This document shows, one piece after another, positions 19,310-29,295 of a stretch of 64,000 bases of DNA (the first letter of the stretch is position 1; each line of letters opens with the position of its first letter). Both the position numbers and the translations under genes were made by a program. Source of the stretch: Spirochaetaceae bacterium (lineage in GTDB: Bacteria; Spirochaetota; Spirochaetia; DSM-2461). Under the pieces are notes generated by a model, which was given only the letters and a program-made list of their open reading frames with translations, did no database searches and was not told where the DNA came from. The stretch covers positions 8,147 through 72,146 of the forward strand of contig JAOPTT010000018.1 of assembly GCA_051531975.1 (NCBI GenBank). Direction: 5' to 3'.

Positions 19310-20518
19310 ATGATTAAAACTGTCGCAAAAATACTAATAACTATACTTTTTATTTTGATATCCATATATTTCTATAAACAGAAACCAGATGACAATGTTT
19401 GGGGAAATTATTCTTCGTTAATATTTGAGTCAAACTTGGATGCACAAAAAAGTGTACAACTTCTGAAAAAAAATGGTTTTACAGATATTCTTTCATTAGA
19501 AGATATAACTATTGGTATTAATAACTATTTTGATCTTGAAGAAAGAACTCTAGCACAGATAAGCAATTCATTAGATAAAAATGATTATAGGTATGATCCA
19601 TATATTGAATCTGTGAGCTCACTATTTTCAAGTAATGATTTGAATGGAAATGTTATTTATGTTCTTCTTAGTAAAAGTGATCTACTAAGTTTATATAGTT
19701 TACATACTCTTTTAGATAGTAACGCGATTTTGTATAAGCTCGGAAATCCAATATTTTTGAGAATAATATTAAATTATATAAGTTTTTTCCTTTTATTATT
19801 GATACTAGGCTTAGGATGTAAAAAAAGATTTATTATATCACTACTGTTTGGTATATTAGGATTTGTTTTTATGGATCCATCCTCTGTATATAATTACATT
19901 AGTTTTGTTGTGATATATTTCTTATCAATATTAATAATTGAATCAGTATCGTTTAGTAATCGATATATAAAAAGAAATAATGTTGGTCTAATTAGAATCC
20001 TTATTTCAGTTTCTCTTTTTGCGATGCCAACATTAATCCCAAGTTTTCTAGATTATTCTAAAATTGTTAATACTCCAGTGGTAACAGAAGTTAATACATT
20101 TGAATATAATTCTCTAGAAGAGACATTTGATGAATCATCTCCATCAATCAGTAATTATTTTTCACATTTTGCATTTCAAAAAAGCTACTTATATGGTTAC
20201 AAATATATGTTTCCATCTCTAGGAAATTCTGTTACAATAAATGAATTCAAAAAAGAAGATTATTTTCTTTCTGATTATAAAAGGGTTGTTTTTACTTATG
20301 ATGAAGCTTTTTTTAAAGATTTTTTATCTTATTGTAAGACAACAGCACTAGGTAGATTTTATTTGGATTATGGTAGGCCTTTTAAATTAGAACTAAATTC
20401 TCTTCTATCTCTGTATATTAAAGAAAACGAGTATATGCAAATAGGTGTCATAGCGTCTATTATGCTTTTTGCATCACTTTTTTTTAAAAAAAGCAGAGAT
20501 AAAAAAATAAAGTATTAG
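19310..20518 (+). CDS. Hypothetical membrane protein, first gene upstream of rnfC
   Basis: N-terminal TM, central TM cluster, C-terminal TM; 8-nt gap to rnfC. Confidence 0.65.
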   Translation: MIKTVAKILITILFILISIYFYKQKPDDNVWGNYSSLIFESNLDAQKSVQLLKKNGFTDILSLEDITIGINNYFDLEERTLAQISNSLDKNDYRYDPYIESVSSLFSSNDLNGNVIYVLLSKSDLLSLYSLHTLLDSNAILYKLGNPIFLRIILNYISFFLLLLILGLGCKKRFIISLLFGILGFVFMDPSSVYNYISFVVIYFLSILIIESVSFSNRYIKRNNVGLIRILISVSLFAMPTLIPSFLDYSKIVNTPVVTEVNTFEYNSLEETFDESSPSISNYFSHFAFQKSYLYGYKYMFPSLGNSVTINEFKKEDYFLSDYKRVVFTYDEAFFKDFLSYCKTTALGRFYLDYGRPFKLELNSLLSLYIKENEYMQIGVIASIMLFASLFFKKSRDKKIKY

Positions 20519-20526
20519 GTTGTTTT

Positions 20527-21855
20527 ATGAAGTTAATGAGTTTTCCCAAAGGGGGGATTCACCCTCCCCATAGAAAAAATTCTATGTATAGTAAAGATGA
20601 TTTAAATGCGACATTACCTGCGATTGCAGTGATTCCACTATCTCAACATATAGGTGCACCTGCAAAGTGTGTTGTCTCTGTTGGAGATATTGTTGAAGAA
20701 GAGGATCTAATTGGAGAGTCCACTGGTTTTGTATCAGCGAACATCCATGCCTCTATTCCTGGTGAAGTCATTGAGATTAAAGATGTTTTTTTACCAAGTG
20801 GTAGAGTTAGTCAAGCTGTCGTAATTGAAACTAAAGGTGAGTTTACAAGATTAGGTAAACCTTTGGAGATTTTTGATTGGGATAGTCTTACTAAAGAAGA
20901 ACTAACAGATGTCATTCAAGAAAAGGGTGTAGTTGGTCTTGGTGGTGCAACTTTTCCAACACATGTTAAAGCTGTTCTTCCAAAAGATTTTGTCTTAGAG
21001 AACCTACTGATAAACGCTTCCGAATGTGAGCCATATTTATCTAGTGATCATGTTCTTATGTTAGAATATAGCAAGGAAATTGCTATCGGTCTTAAAATCC
21101 TAAAAAAGATTTTAGAGCCTAAAAATATAACAGTTGGAATGGAAGTTAATAAAAAAGATGCTGGAGAGCTTCTTGAAAAAACTTTTAAAGAAGAAAACTT
21201 AGATGCCTCTGTTGCACTTTTAAAAAATAAATATCCACAGGGTGCTGAAAAAAACCTTGTTAAAGCTATAATAGGTGTTGAGATCCCATCTGGGAAACTT
21301 CCACTTACTGTAGGTGTTGTTAACTTAAATATATCCACTGTTTATGCAATTTACGAAGCAGTTTGTTTAAAACGTCCATTAGTTGAACGTTTTGTTACTA
21401 TTGCAGGTGGTGCTATAAAAAAACCAGGTGTTTATAGAGTTCGAATTGGAACTAGTGCAAGAGCTCTTATAGAAGAGTGTGGTGGTTTTAGTGAGGATCC
21501 TATAAAAGTTATCTTTGGTGGCCCGATGATGGGATTTACTGTTTTTGATTTAGATGCACCGGTAACAAAAGGTACCTCAGGTATTTTAGCTTTAACCAAA
21601 AAAGAAGTTAACAGTGCTAAAACTACAAATTGTCTAAAATGTGGACGATGTGTAGATGGATGCCCAATGGGTCTTCTCCCTTCTAAATTATACAAACTAA
21701 TTGATCATAACATGCACGATGAAGCGGTGGAATATGGATTAAACGACTGTGTAGAGTGTGGTTCTTGTAGTTACAATTGCCCAGCTCACCTGTTTTTAGT
21801 TCAACAATTTAGATCTGGTAAATCAATTGTTCGACGTAGTAAAGGAGCTAAATAG
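20527..21855 (+). CDS. rnfC: Rnf electron transport complex subunit C
   Basis: GGIHP, QHIGAPA, GLGGATFPTHVK, NASECEPY, two CxxCxxCxxxCP clusters. Confidence 0.97.
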   Translation: MKLMSFPKGGIHPPHRKNSMYSKDDLNATLPAIAVIPLSQHIGAPAKCVVSVGDIVEEEDLIGESTGFVSANIHASIPGEVIEIKDVFLPSGRVSQAVVIETKGEFTRLGKPLEIFDWDSLTKEELTDVIQEKGVVGLGGATFPTHVKAVLPKDFVLENLLINASECEPYLSSDHVLMLEYSKEIAIGLKILKKILEPKNITVGMEVNKKDAGELLEKTFKEENLDASVALLKNKYPQGAEKNLVKAIIGVEIPSGKLPLTVGVVNLNISTVYAIYEAVCLKRPLVERFVTIAGGAIKKPGVYRVRIGTSARALIEECGGFSEDPIKVIFGGPMMGFTVFDLDAPVTKGTSGILALTKKEVNSAKTTNCLKCGRCVDGCPMGLLPSKLYKLIDHNMHDEAVEYGLNDCVECGSCSYNCPAHLFLVQQFRSGKSIVRRSKGAK

Positions 21856-22886
21856 TGAAAGATAAATTAATAATTACCTCTAGTCCTCAGTTTCACAATG
21901 GTGACTCTACTTTAACAGTAATGTGGAGTGTTTCTTTAGCTCTACTCCCTGCTACAATTTGGGGATTCATGATGTTTGGTATTTCATCAGTATGGACTGT
22001 TTTAATATCTATAATAGCTGCAGTATTTGCAGAGTTTATATTAAATAAATGTTACAACAAAAGTTCCTTATGGGATGGTAGTGCAATTTTAACTGGTTTA
22101 TTGATAGGTATGAATATGCCTCCTCAGATGCCAGGTTTAGCATGGATTTATGTTCCAATAGGAGCATCCTTTTTTGCTATATTTATTGTTAAGGGTGCAT
22201 TTGGTGGTTTAGGTAATAACTGGATGAATCCAGCACTAGGTGGCCGAGTATTTGTTTTTTTCTCATGGACCAAACAGATGACTGTATGGAATGTTCCAAT
22301 GCTTGATGGTGTTACAGGAGCTACTCCTTTAGGTGCAGTAAAATCTGGCCTACTTGGATATTCTGGAGATGCATCAAATCCTCTTTCTTTATTAAATGAA
22401 GTTGGAAGTAGTACTGTAAGTTATTTTGATATGTTTATTGGTAAAATTGGTGGTTCAATCGGTGAAATTTCAGCTCTTTTACTTTTAATAGGTGCAATCT
22501 TTTTAATCATTAAAAAAATAATTAGATGGGAAATATTTGCATCTTACATTGGAGTATTCATACTATTTATTTGGATATTTGATGGTACTAGATTTGGAGC
22601 AGGTCTATTTAGTGGAGATATTCTTTTTCATCTACTTTCAGGAGGTTTAATCTTAGGTGTCTTTTTTATGGCAACTGATATGGTTACTTCTCCAATAAGT
22701 GCTAAAGGTATGTTTATATATGGAGCTGGTTGTGGTTTCTTAACTTTCTTATTTAGAGTATATGGAGCTAATCCTGAAGGTGTCTCATTAGCTATAATTG
22801 TAATGAATATCATCGTTCCAATAATAAATAGGTATTCAAAACCTGCACTATTTGGACATCCCAAAAAGGAGGCAATTAATGAATAA
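21855..22886 (+). CDS. rnfD: Rnf subunit D
   Basis: FGGLG.N.MNPAL.GR, flavinylation motif DGVTGATPL, FMATDMVTSP. Confidence 0.96.
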   Translation: MKDKLIITSSPQFHNGDSTLTVMWSVSLALLPATIWGFMMFGISSVWTVLISIIAAVFAEFILNKCYNKSSLWDGSAILTGLLIGMNMPPQMPGLAWIYVPIGASFFAIFIVKGAFGGLGNNWMNPALGGRVFVFFSWTKQMTVWNVPMLDGVTGATPLGAVKSGLLGYSGDASNPLSLLNEVGSSTVSYFDMFIGKIGGSIGEISALLLLIGAIFLIIKKIIRWEIFASYIGVFILFIWIFDGTRFGAGLFSGDILFHLLSGGLILGVFFMATDMVTSPISAKGMFIYGAGCGFLTFLFRVYGANPEGVSLAIIVMNIIVPIINRYSKPALFGHPKKEAINE

Positions 22887-23436
22887 AACATTAAACATGG
22901 CATTAAAGCTTCTTATCATTTGTTCTGTAGCAGCATTTGCTTTAGGTGTTGCTAATGCATTAACAGCTCCTGAGATTCAAAGATTAGAAGATGCAGCCAA
23001 AGCTAAGGCTTTAGGTGAATTAATAGATACTGGAAGCGCAGATCCTAACAATGAAATTATCGTTGAAGAAAATGATGTAGTTTCATCTTATTATTTAATC
23101 GAAGATGGCGGACAGACAATTGGATATATTTTATATTTGAAAGCTAAAGGATATGGTGGATCCATGACTGTTATGGCTTCATATAAAACAACTGGAGAAG
23201 TTATTGGTTCTGTTCTTATGAACAATGCCGAAACTCCTGGATTTGGGAAAAAAGCTGAAAAAGCTGGATATATGGATAAATTTATTGGCAGAGGGACTAC
23301 TTCTGATCCTATTCCACTATTTGGTTATCAAGTAGAGGAGAATATCGATACTGTAACTGGTGCTACTATTACTTTTATGGGAATATCTAGCGCATTAGAA
23401 AGTGGTCGTGAATTTGTTAAAGGAGGGCTTAAATGA
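22879..23436 (+). CDS. rnfG: Rnf subunit G (FMN-binding)
   Basis: GYGG, ETPGFG, DTVTGATIT flavinylation motif. ATG 22879 after AGGAGG. Confidence 0.93.
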   Translation: MNKTLNMALKLLIICSVAAFALGVANALTAPEIQRLEDAAKAKALGELIDTGSADPNNEIIVEENDVVSSYYLIEDGGQTIGYILYLKAKGYGGSMTVMASYKTTGEVIGSVLMNNAETPGFGKKAEKAGYMDKFIGRGTTSDPIPLFGYQVEENIDTVTGATITFMGISSALESGREFVKGGLK

Positions 23437-24044
23437 AAGTATTTAGCCGAGGTATTTTTAAAGAAAATCCTGTTTTTGCTATAGCTTTAGGTCTATGTCC
23501 TGCTTTAGCTGTTACATCCATGGTATGGAATGCTATAGGTATGGGATTTGGTGTTATTTTTGTTTTAGTATGTTCAAATCTTATTATTTCATTATTAAGA
23601 AATTTTATCCCTGATGAGGTTCATATTCCAGCATATATTGTTGTTATTGCTTCATTTGTAACAATTGTAGAACTGTTAATGAAAGCTTATTTGCCATCAT
23701 TAGCTGCTAGTTTAGGAATATTTATACCACTTATTGTTGTTAACTGTGTAATTCTTGGTAGAGCTGAAGCTTTTGCAAGTAAAAATTCCCCATTAGATTC
23801 TGTATTAGATGGTCTAGGTATGGGAATTGGATTTACTGTTGCTCTTATAGTAATCGCATTTGTTAGAGAGGTATTAGGTGCCGGTCAAATAACACTTTTT
23901 GAGCAGGGAGATACTCTTGTTCGAATAACATTAGGTGGCTTAAGTGAGAATCCTATTAGAGTTTTTGCTTTTCCTGCAGGTGCTTTAATCGTAATGGGGT
24001 ATTTTAAGGCTCTATTTGATAGCATGATGAAGAGGGGTAAATAA
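23433..24044 (+). CDS. rnfE: Rnf subunit E
   Basis: ENP...LGLCPALAVT, FIPLIVVNCVILGRAEAFA. Confidence 0.96.
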   Translation: MKVFSRGIFKENPVFAIALGLCPALAVTSMVWNAIGMGFGVIFVLVCSNLIISLLRNFIPDEVHIPAYIVVIASFVTIVELLMKAYLPSLAASLGIFIPLIVVNCVILGRAEAFASKNSPLDSVLDGLGMGIGFTVALIVIAFVREVLGAGQITLFEQGDTLVRITLGGLSENPIRVFAFPAGALIVMGYFKALFDSMMKRGK

Positions 24045-24649
24045 TGGGTATTTTAACTGATGTTTTTGGTATTATTGTTGCTTATGTTCTTGTAAGTAAT
24101 GTTATTCTAACCCAATTCCTAGGGTTATGCCCATTTATTGGTGTTTCAAAAAATACAGAATCTGCTGTAGGTATGGGATTTGCCGTAACTTTTGTTATGA
24201 CTTTAGCAACTCTATTTACATGGATGTTATATAACTGGGTTTTAGTCCCAGCAGGATTAGAGTATTTAAAGGTTATTTCATTTATTTTAGTAATCGCGTC
24301 ATTAGTTCAATTTGTTGAGATGTTTGTTAAGAAAAACTCTCCTGCTTTATATAAGGCTTTAGGTATTTATCTTCCATTAATTACTACAAACTGTGCTGTT
24401 ATGGGTATAGCGTTATTGGTTGTTGAAGTTGAAAAGTTGTCCCTCTTTTATAGTGTTTTGGCTGGATTTTCAGCTGGAATTGGTTTTTTAATTGCTATAC
24501 TACTTATGTCAGCAATTAGAGAGCAACTAGAAGTAGAATGGGTTCCAAAAGGTTTAAAAGGTGTTCCAATAGCTTTTATTTCTGCTGGTCTTATGGCGAT
24601 GGCTTTTATGGCTTTTGACAAAGCACTATTAATGAATATGGTAGGTTAA
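24044..24649 (+). CDS. rnfA: Rnf subunit A
   Basis: FLGLCPFIGVS, LGIYLPLITTNCAV. Confidence 0.96.
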   Translation: MGILTDVFGIIVAYVLVSNVILTQFLGLCPFIGVSKNTESAVGMGFAVTFVMTLATLFTWMLYNWVLVPAGLEYLKVISFILVIASLVQFVEMFVKKNSPALYKALGIYLPLITTNCAVMGIALLVVEVEKLSLFYSVLAGFSAGIGFLIAILLMSAIREQLEVEWVPKGLKGVPIAFISAGLMAMAFMAFDKALLMNMVG

Positions 24650-24651
24650 GA

Positions 24652-25485
24652 ATGGGAAATATAATATTAAGTATAGTATTAGCGATAGTTTCAATTGGAC
24701 TATTAGGAGCATTTTTAGGTGCTGTATTATCTGTCGCTTCAGAAAAACTAAAAGTTGAAGAAGACTTAAGAATTAAAGATTTAGAAGCTATTCTTCCTCA
24801 GTATAACTGTGGTGCATGTGGATATTCTGGTTGTTCTGGTTATGCTGGTGCAGTAATTAACGATGGAGAACCAATAAATAAATGTACACCAGGTGGTGAC
24901 ACCCTTGTTTCACAAATCTCAGATTTATTAGGGGTTGAAGCTACAAACGTTGAAAGAATGGTAGCTCAAATTCATTGCCGTGGTGGTCAAGGTACTGCTA
25001 AAGAACAGTATAATTATGACGGTATAACTGGATGTAATGCTAAGTATCAACTTTATAGTGGTGATAAGTTATGTAAGTTTGGTTGTCTAGGCGACGGTAG
25101 TTGCATGACTGTTTGTCCTGTAGATGCAATTTACAGAGATGAAAAAAATCTAATTTGGGTAAATAAAGAGTTATGTGTAGGTTGTGAAAAATGTGTAGAT
25201 ATTTGTCCAACAAATGTAATGAAGATGATCCCATACTCGGCAGACTATATTGTTGCATGTCATTCACAAGAAAAAGGTAAAAGTGTTAAAAGTAAATGTT
25301 CAGTTGGATGTATAGCATGTAGTATTTGTGTTAGAAAATTTCCTGAAGCTGGATTTAGCGTTGACAAAAACCTTTCAAGTGTTGATTATACAATAGTAAG
25401 AGATAGATCAGATGTTTCTGCAGCTTGTCCTGTTAAATGTATAATTAAACCATATAAAGATAATAAAGGAAAAAGTAATAACTAG
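24652..25485 (+). CDS. rnfB: Rnf subunit B (polyferredoxin type)
   Basis: N-terminal TM, LPQYNCGACGYSGC...CTPGG, multiple 4Fe-4S motifs. Confidence 0.95.
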   Translation: MGNIILSIVLAIVSIGLLGAFLGAVLSVASEKLKVEEDLRIKDLEAILPQYNCGACGYSGCSGYAGAVINDGEPINKCTPGGDTLVSQISDLLGVEATNVERMVAQIHCRGGQGTAKEQYNYDGITGCNAKYQLYSGDKLCKFGCLGDGSCMTVCPVDAIYRDEKNLIWVNKELCVGCEKCVDICPTNVMKMIPYSADYIVACHSQEKGKSVKSKCSVGCIACSICVRKFPEAGFSVDKNLSSVDYTIVRDRSDVSAACPVKCIIKPYKDNKGKSNN

Positions 25486-25488
25486 ATA

Positions 25489-27495
25489 ATGAGAAAAGTT
25501 AAATTAGTATTTGGTACCTATAATAGTCAACCTCCCGAAGAAATAAATTCTACAGTTGAGGGCTATTATCAAAACGCATATAAAACTTTTCTCACTACAA
25601 TGTATAATTATCCTTCTATTAAGTTAACCTTACATTACAGTGGTGGACTCCTAGAATGGATTGAAGAAAAACATCCTGAGTTTATTTCTGTATTACAAGA
25701 GATGATAAACTCTAAGCAAGTAGAGCTTCTAAGCGGTGGTTATTATGACCCCGCTTTAACTCTTCTACCTGTCCCAGATAGAGTTGGGCAGATGGAAAAA
25801 CTCACAACTTTTATTCGTAAAAACTTTGGTAAAAAACCAAGAGGATGTTTTCTCTCAGAAAATGTCTGGGATTCATCTCTATTAACTAGTTTAAGATCTT
25901 GTGGTTTTGATTATATATTTTTAGATGATAATCAGTTTCTATCAAGTGGTATTTCTGAAAAAGATCTGTCTAAACCTGTTTTAACAGAAGATCAGGGTAA
26001 GATAATTACAGTTGTCCCTATTTGCTCAGACTTAACTGAGATGTTTTTACGTCGTCCACCAATAGAATTAATAGAATATATACAGAACCAAGAAAATATT
26101 GACGGTGTTTACACTATAATGCTGAAAGGTGAATTTTTAAAATCCACTAATATGGAATCCTCTGAAATAAAATTATGGATTGAGGAATTTAACGATCTAC
26201 TGGAAGAAAATAGTAGCTGGATTGAAACAATTACTCCCGGAAAATATGTAAAACAGATTCAAGGAACATTACAACGAGTATATTTTCCCCAGTATTCAAT
26301 TAATGGAATGCGTTATAAACCATTGCCAATTGTCAGTCAAAAAGAATTAATTAGACTAAATCGTCACTTAGAAGCACTTGGAGATGTATCACATTGGATT
26401 AATAGTGGATTTTTTAAACAATTTATTTCTAGATATCATGATTCATCACTTTTATATTCTAAAATGATATATATTAATTTACTTGTTAATCAGATAAAAG
26501 GTGATCGTTCAAGAAAAAAAACAGCTAGAGAAGAACTTTGGAGAGCACAATCTCACTATGTCTTTTGGCATGGATCTCATCTAGGAATTTATGATAAATC
26601 TTTACGAGAAAGAAGTTATAGATTTTTAATTGAAGCTGAGAAGAGTACTCGAGAAAAGGGTATATTTAAATCTGGAATAAATCATTTTGATATTAATTTA
26701 GATGGAAAAAAAGAAGCACTTTATGAAGGTGATATATATAATGCTTATATCTCCTGTAAGGGTGGCGTCTTATTTCAATTCGATTATCTCAAAAAGAAAA
26801 TGAATTTGGTTTCTACTGTCATGAGGATACAAGAATCATATCATACAGAAGAACATTCATTAGCAGGATTTGATACATATAGCCGTAAAATGTTTCATGA
26901 TCATTTTATATCAGAAGATATAACTCAAGAGGAATTTCAGCTTCAATCTTTTAAGGAGTTAGGAACTTTTATACATAATAATTATGAATATAATAGTTTG
27001 AACAGAGAAAAGAAGTCAGTTGTCTTAACATCGAAAGGAAGTGTAATGTCCTTAGGGAATCAACATGATGTAAATATAGAGAAAAAATACCACTTTAATA
27101 AGAGTAGTACCATTTTAACTTACAAAATTGAGAATTTAGATGATTTTGCGATTGATACAATTTTTGCACCTGAGTTTAATCTTTCTTTAAGTGAAATTTC
27201 AGAAGATCCTGTTGCTACATTTTCCTCAGATAAAGAACATTCAACATTAAATAAGTTTACAGCAACTAATAGTATTAATAATTTAATTATAGACGATATG
27301 GCTAATTCAATAAAAGTTAACATATCTTTCTCTACAATTGTTGATAGATTTTGGTCAGTTCCACAATATTCAAACTCACTAGAACAGGGAATTATTAAAG
27401 AAATTTATCAATTTACTAGTTTTCTTCCACAATGGAGAATAAAATTAGGTGCAAAAGAAGTGTGGTCTGTATCAATAAATATCTCACTTAGTTAG
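25489..27495 (+). CDS. GH57 alpha-amylase/4-alpha-glucanotransferase-like protein, probably catalytically incomplete
   Basis: LHYSGGLLEW, ELLSGGYYDP, PRGCFLSENVW, FLDD, WHG..GIY; the expected DDGEKFG motif reads LKGEFLK. Confidence 0.85.
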   Translation: MRKVKLVFGTYNSQPPEEINSTVEGYYQNAYKTFLTTMYNYPSIKLTLHYSGGLLEWIEEKHPEFISVLQEMINSKQVELLSGGYYDPALTLLPVPDRVGQMEKLTTFIRKNFGKKPRGCFLSENVWDSSLLTSLRSCGFDYIFLDDNQFLSSGISEKDLSKPVLTEDQGKIITVVPICSDLTEMFLRRPPIELIEYIQNQENIDGVYTIMLKGEFLKSTNMESSEIKLWIEEFNDLLEENSSWIETITPGKYVKQIQGTLQRVYFPQYSINGMRYKPLPIVSQKELIRLNRHLEALGDVSHWINSGFFKQFISRYHDSSLLYSKMIYINLLVNQIKGDRSRKKTAREELWRAQSHYVFWHGSHLGIYDKSLRERSYRFLIEAEKSTREKGIFKSGINHFDINLDGKKEALYEGDIYNAYISCKGGVLFQFDYLKKKMNLVSTVMRIQESYHTEEHSLAGFDTYSRKMFHDHFISEDITQEEFQLQSFKELGTFIHNNYEYNSLNREKKSVVLTSKGSVMSLGNQHDVNIEKKYHFNKSSTILTYKIENLDDFAIDTIFAPEFNLSLSEISEDPVATFSSDKEHSTLNKFTATNSINNLIIDDMANSIKVNISFSTIVDRFWSVPQYSNSLEQGIIKEIYQFTSFLPQWRIKLGAKEVWSVSINISLS

Positions 27496-27511
27496 TTTTT
27501 TACTTATTCGT

Positions 27512-27541
27512 TTGACAGAACAGTACTTTTTCCAATAGATT
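27512..27541 (+). promoter_or_regulatory. sigma-70 promoter of the cas2-like/prfB operon (leaderless geometry)
   Basis: TTGACA (27512), 18 nt, TAGATT (27536), 6 nt, ATG (27548); no SD. Confidence 0.65.
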
Positions 27542-27547
27542 ATTAGT

Positions 27548-27838
27548 ATGTATGTATCTATAGTTTGTGATTTTAATAGTGAGAATAGTAGGAAAATAGT
27601 AGATTCTATTTTAATGCAATATGGTTTTAAAAGATGCCAGAAAGATGTTTATGAGGTCAATTCTATACTTGATAGTAGCGTATCCAAGTTAAAGCTTGAA
27701 ATAGATAGACATTGTGATTCATTTGATCAGATTAGGATGCATCAGTATCCATTAGACCATAAACTAGTTATATCTTTTCTTCATGAAAAACGGTGGAAAA
27801 AAAAGATAATACAAGATAAATCAATTATTAAGGGTTAA
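27548..27838 (+). CDS. Orphan Cas2-like (VapD/Cas2 ferredoxin-fold) protein
   Basis: 96 aa; first beta strand ending in Asp (MYVSIVCD), L..YGF.R.QK.VYE (compare G.R.Q.SVFE), D.IR...L. No cas1 or array in the window. Confidence 0.75.
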   Translation: MYVSIVCDFNSENSRKIVDSILMQYGFKRCQKDVYEVNSILDSSVSKLKLEIDRHCDSFDQIRMHQYPLDHKLVISFLHEKRWKKKIIQDKSIIKG

Positions 27839-27840
27839 CA

Positions 27841-28939
27841 ATGTTAGAAGAATTAAATCAACCAATAAAAAATCTATACAACCAAATCCAAGAATCATGG
27901 AGGCGTCTTTGACGTCACTATTATTAAAAAAGAAGTTAAAGAACTTGAATTAATATCTGGTTCTCCTGATTTTTGGGATAATAGAGAATTTGCAGAGTCA
28001 AAGTTATCTGAGATGACTCAATTAAAACGTCTTTATGAGCCATGGGAAGAGATTGTAAATTCTGTTGAAGACCTAAAAGAGTTATACGACTTAGCAATAG
28101 AGGAGTCCGAGGAGTCATATTTTGAAGAGATTGAAAATTCTTTTAAGGAACTAACATCAACTTATGAGAAGTTAACTGTTATGGAATTAATGGGTGAAGA
28201 AACCGATTCAGCTGGGGCTTATGTTACAATACATTCAGGGGCAGGAGGAACAGAGGCTTGCGACTGGGCTAATATGTTATACCGTATGTATTTTAGGTGG
28301 ATTGAAAAAAGTGGATTCTCATATACCTTGTTTGAAATGCAAGATTCAGAAGGTGGAATAAAATCTGTATCATTTGAAGTAAAAGGTGAATTTACTTATG
28401 GAATGCTTAAAGGTGAAACCGGGGTTCATAGATTAGTTCGGATTTCTCCATTTGACTCAAATGCTAGAAGACATACATCTTTTGCTTCTGTATATGTATC
28501 TCCAGTTATTGATGATACAATTGTTGTTGATATTAAACCTGATGATATAAGAGTTGATACATATAGAGCTTCAGGTGCTGGTGGACAACATGTAAATAAA
28601 ACTTCAAGTGCAGTTAGATTAACACATCATGAGTCCGGATTAGTTGTTCAATGCCAAAATGAACGTAGTCAATTAAAAAATAGAGCATTGGCCATGAAGG
28701 TTTTAAAATCTAGATTATACGAGTATTATAAACAGATACAAGATGCAAAAAATGCTGAAAACTCGGCTGAAAAAAGAGATATTGGATGGGGGAATCAGAT
28801 AAGAAGTTATGTGTTTCAACCATATCGAATGGTAAAAGATCTAAGAACAAGACATGAAACTGCAAATATCCAAGCAGTAATGGACGGTAACTTAGATCCA
28901 TTTATAGAATCGTATTTAAGGTATAATGCAGGATTATGA
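27841..28939 (+). CDS. prfB: Peptide chain release factor 2, decoded by programmed +1 frameshift
   Basis: ATG 27841, 23 codons, then GGAGG-CGT-CTT-TGA-C (27899-27913). The +1 frame (from 27911) is open into the 28013 ORF with SPF and GGQ motifs. Confidence 0.97.
27899..27913 (+). promoter_or_regulatory. RF2 autoregulatory +1 frameshift site
   Basis: Internal SD GGAGG 3 nt before the CTT-TGA-C shift site. Confidence 0.95.
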
Positions 28940-29295
28940 AAAGAGTATTAATAGTTGATGATATATCATTTATACGGGCTGTAATAAAAGATATTTTAAT
29001 TGAAGGTGGTTTTAGTGTTGTTGGAGAGGCTTCTGATGGAGCTCAAGCCTTAGCATATTATAAAGCTATTAAACCTGATATTGTTCTTTTAGATATACAT
29101 ATGCCAGTTCTCGACGGTATGGAAACTTTAAAAAGAATAAAAAAAATTAATAAGGATGCTATTATTATCATGTGTTCTTCTCTAGGTGATCAGGAAAATA
29201 TCATAAAAGCTATTTCTTTAGGTGCCAAAGATTTTGTTGTAAAACCATTTAGAAAAGAACGGATATTATCAGCAATTAATAAAGCAATAGTTTGA
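28936..29295 (+). CDS. Single-domain response regulator (CheY-like)
   Basis: IVDD, LLDIHMP.LDG, KPF; ATGA overlap with prfB. Confidence 0.93.
   Translation: MKRVLIVDDISFIRAVIKDILIEGGFSVVGEASDGAQALAYYKAIKPDIVLLDIHMPVLDGMETLKRIKKINKDAIIIMCSSLGDQENIIKAISLGAKDFVVKPFRKERILSAINKAIV

Noticed and set aside
27907..27912. prfB pseudogene or selenocysteine/readthrough TGA
   Set aside because: Matches the canonical RF2 +1 frameshift context.
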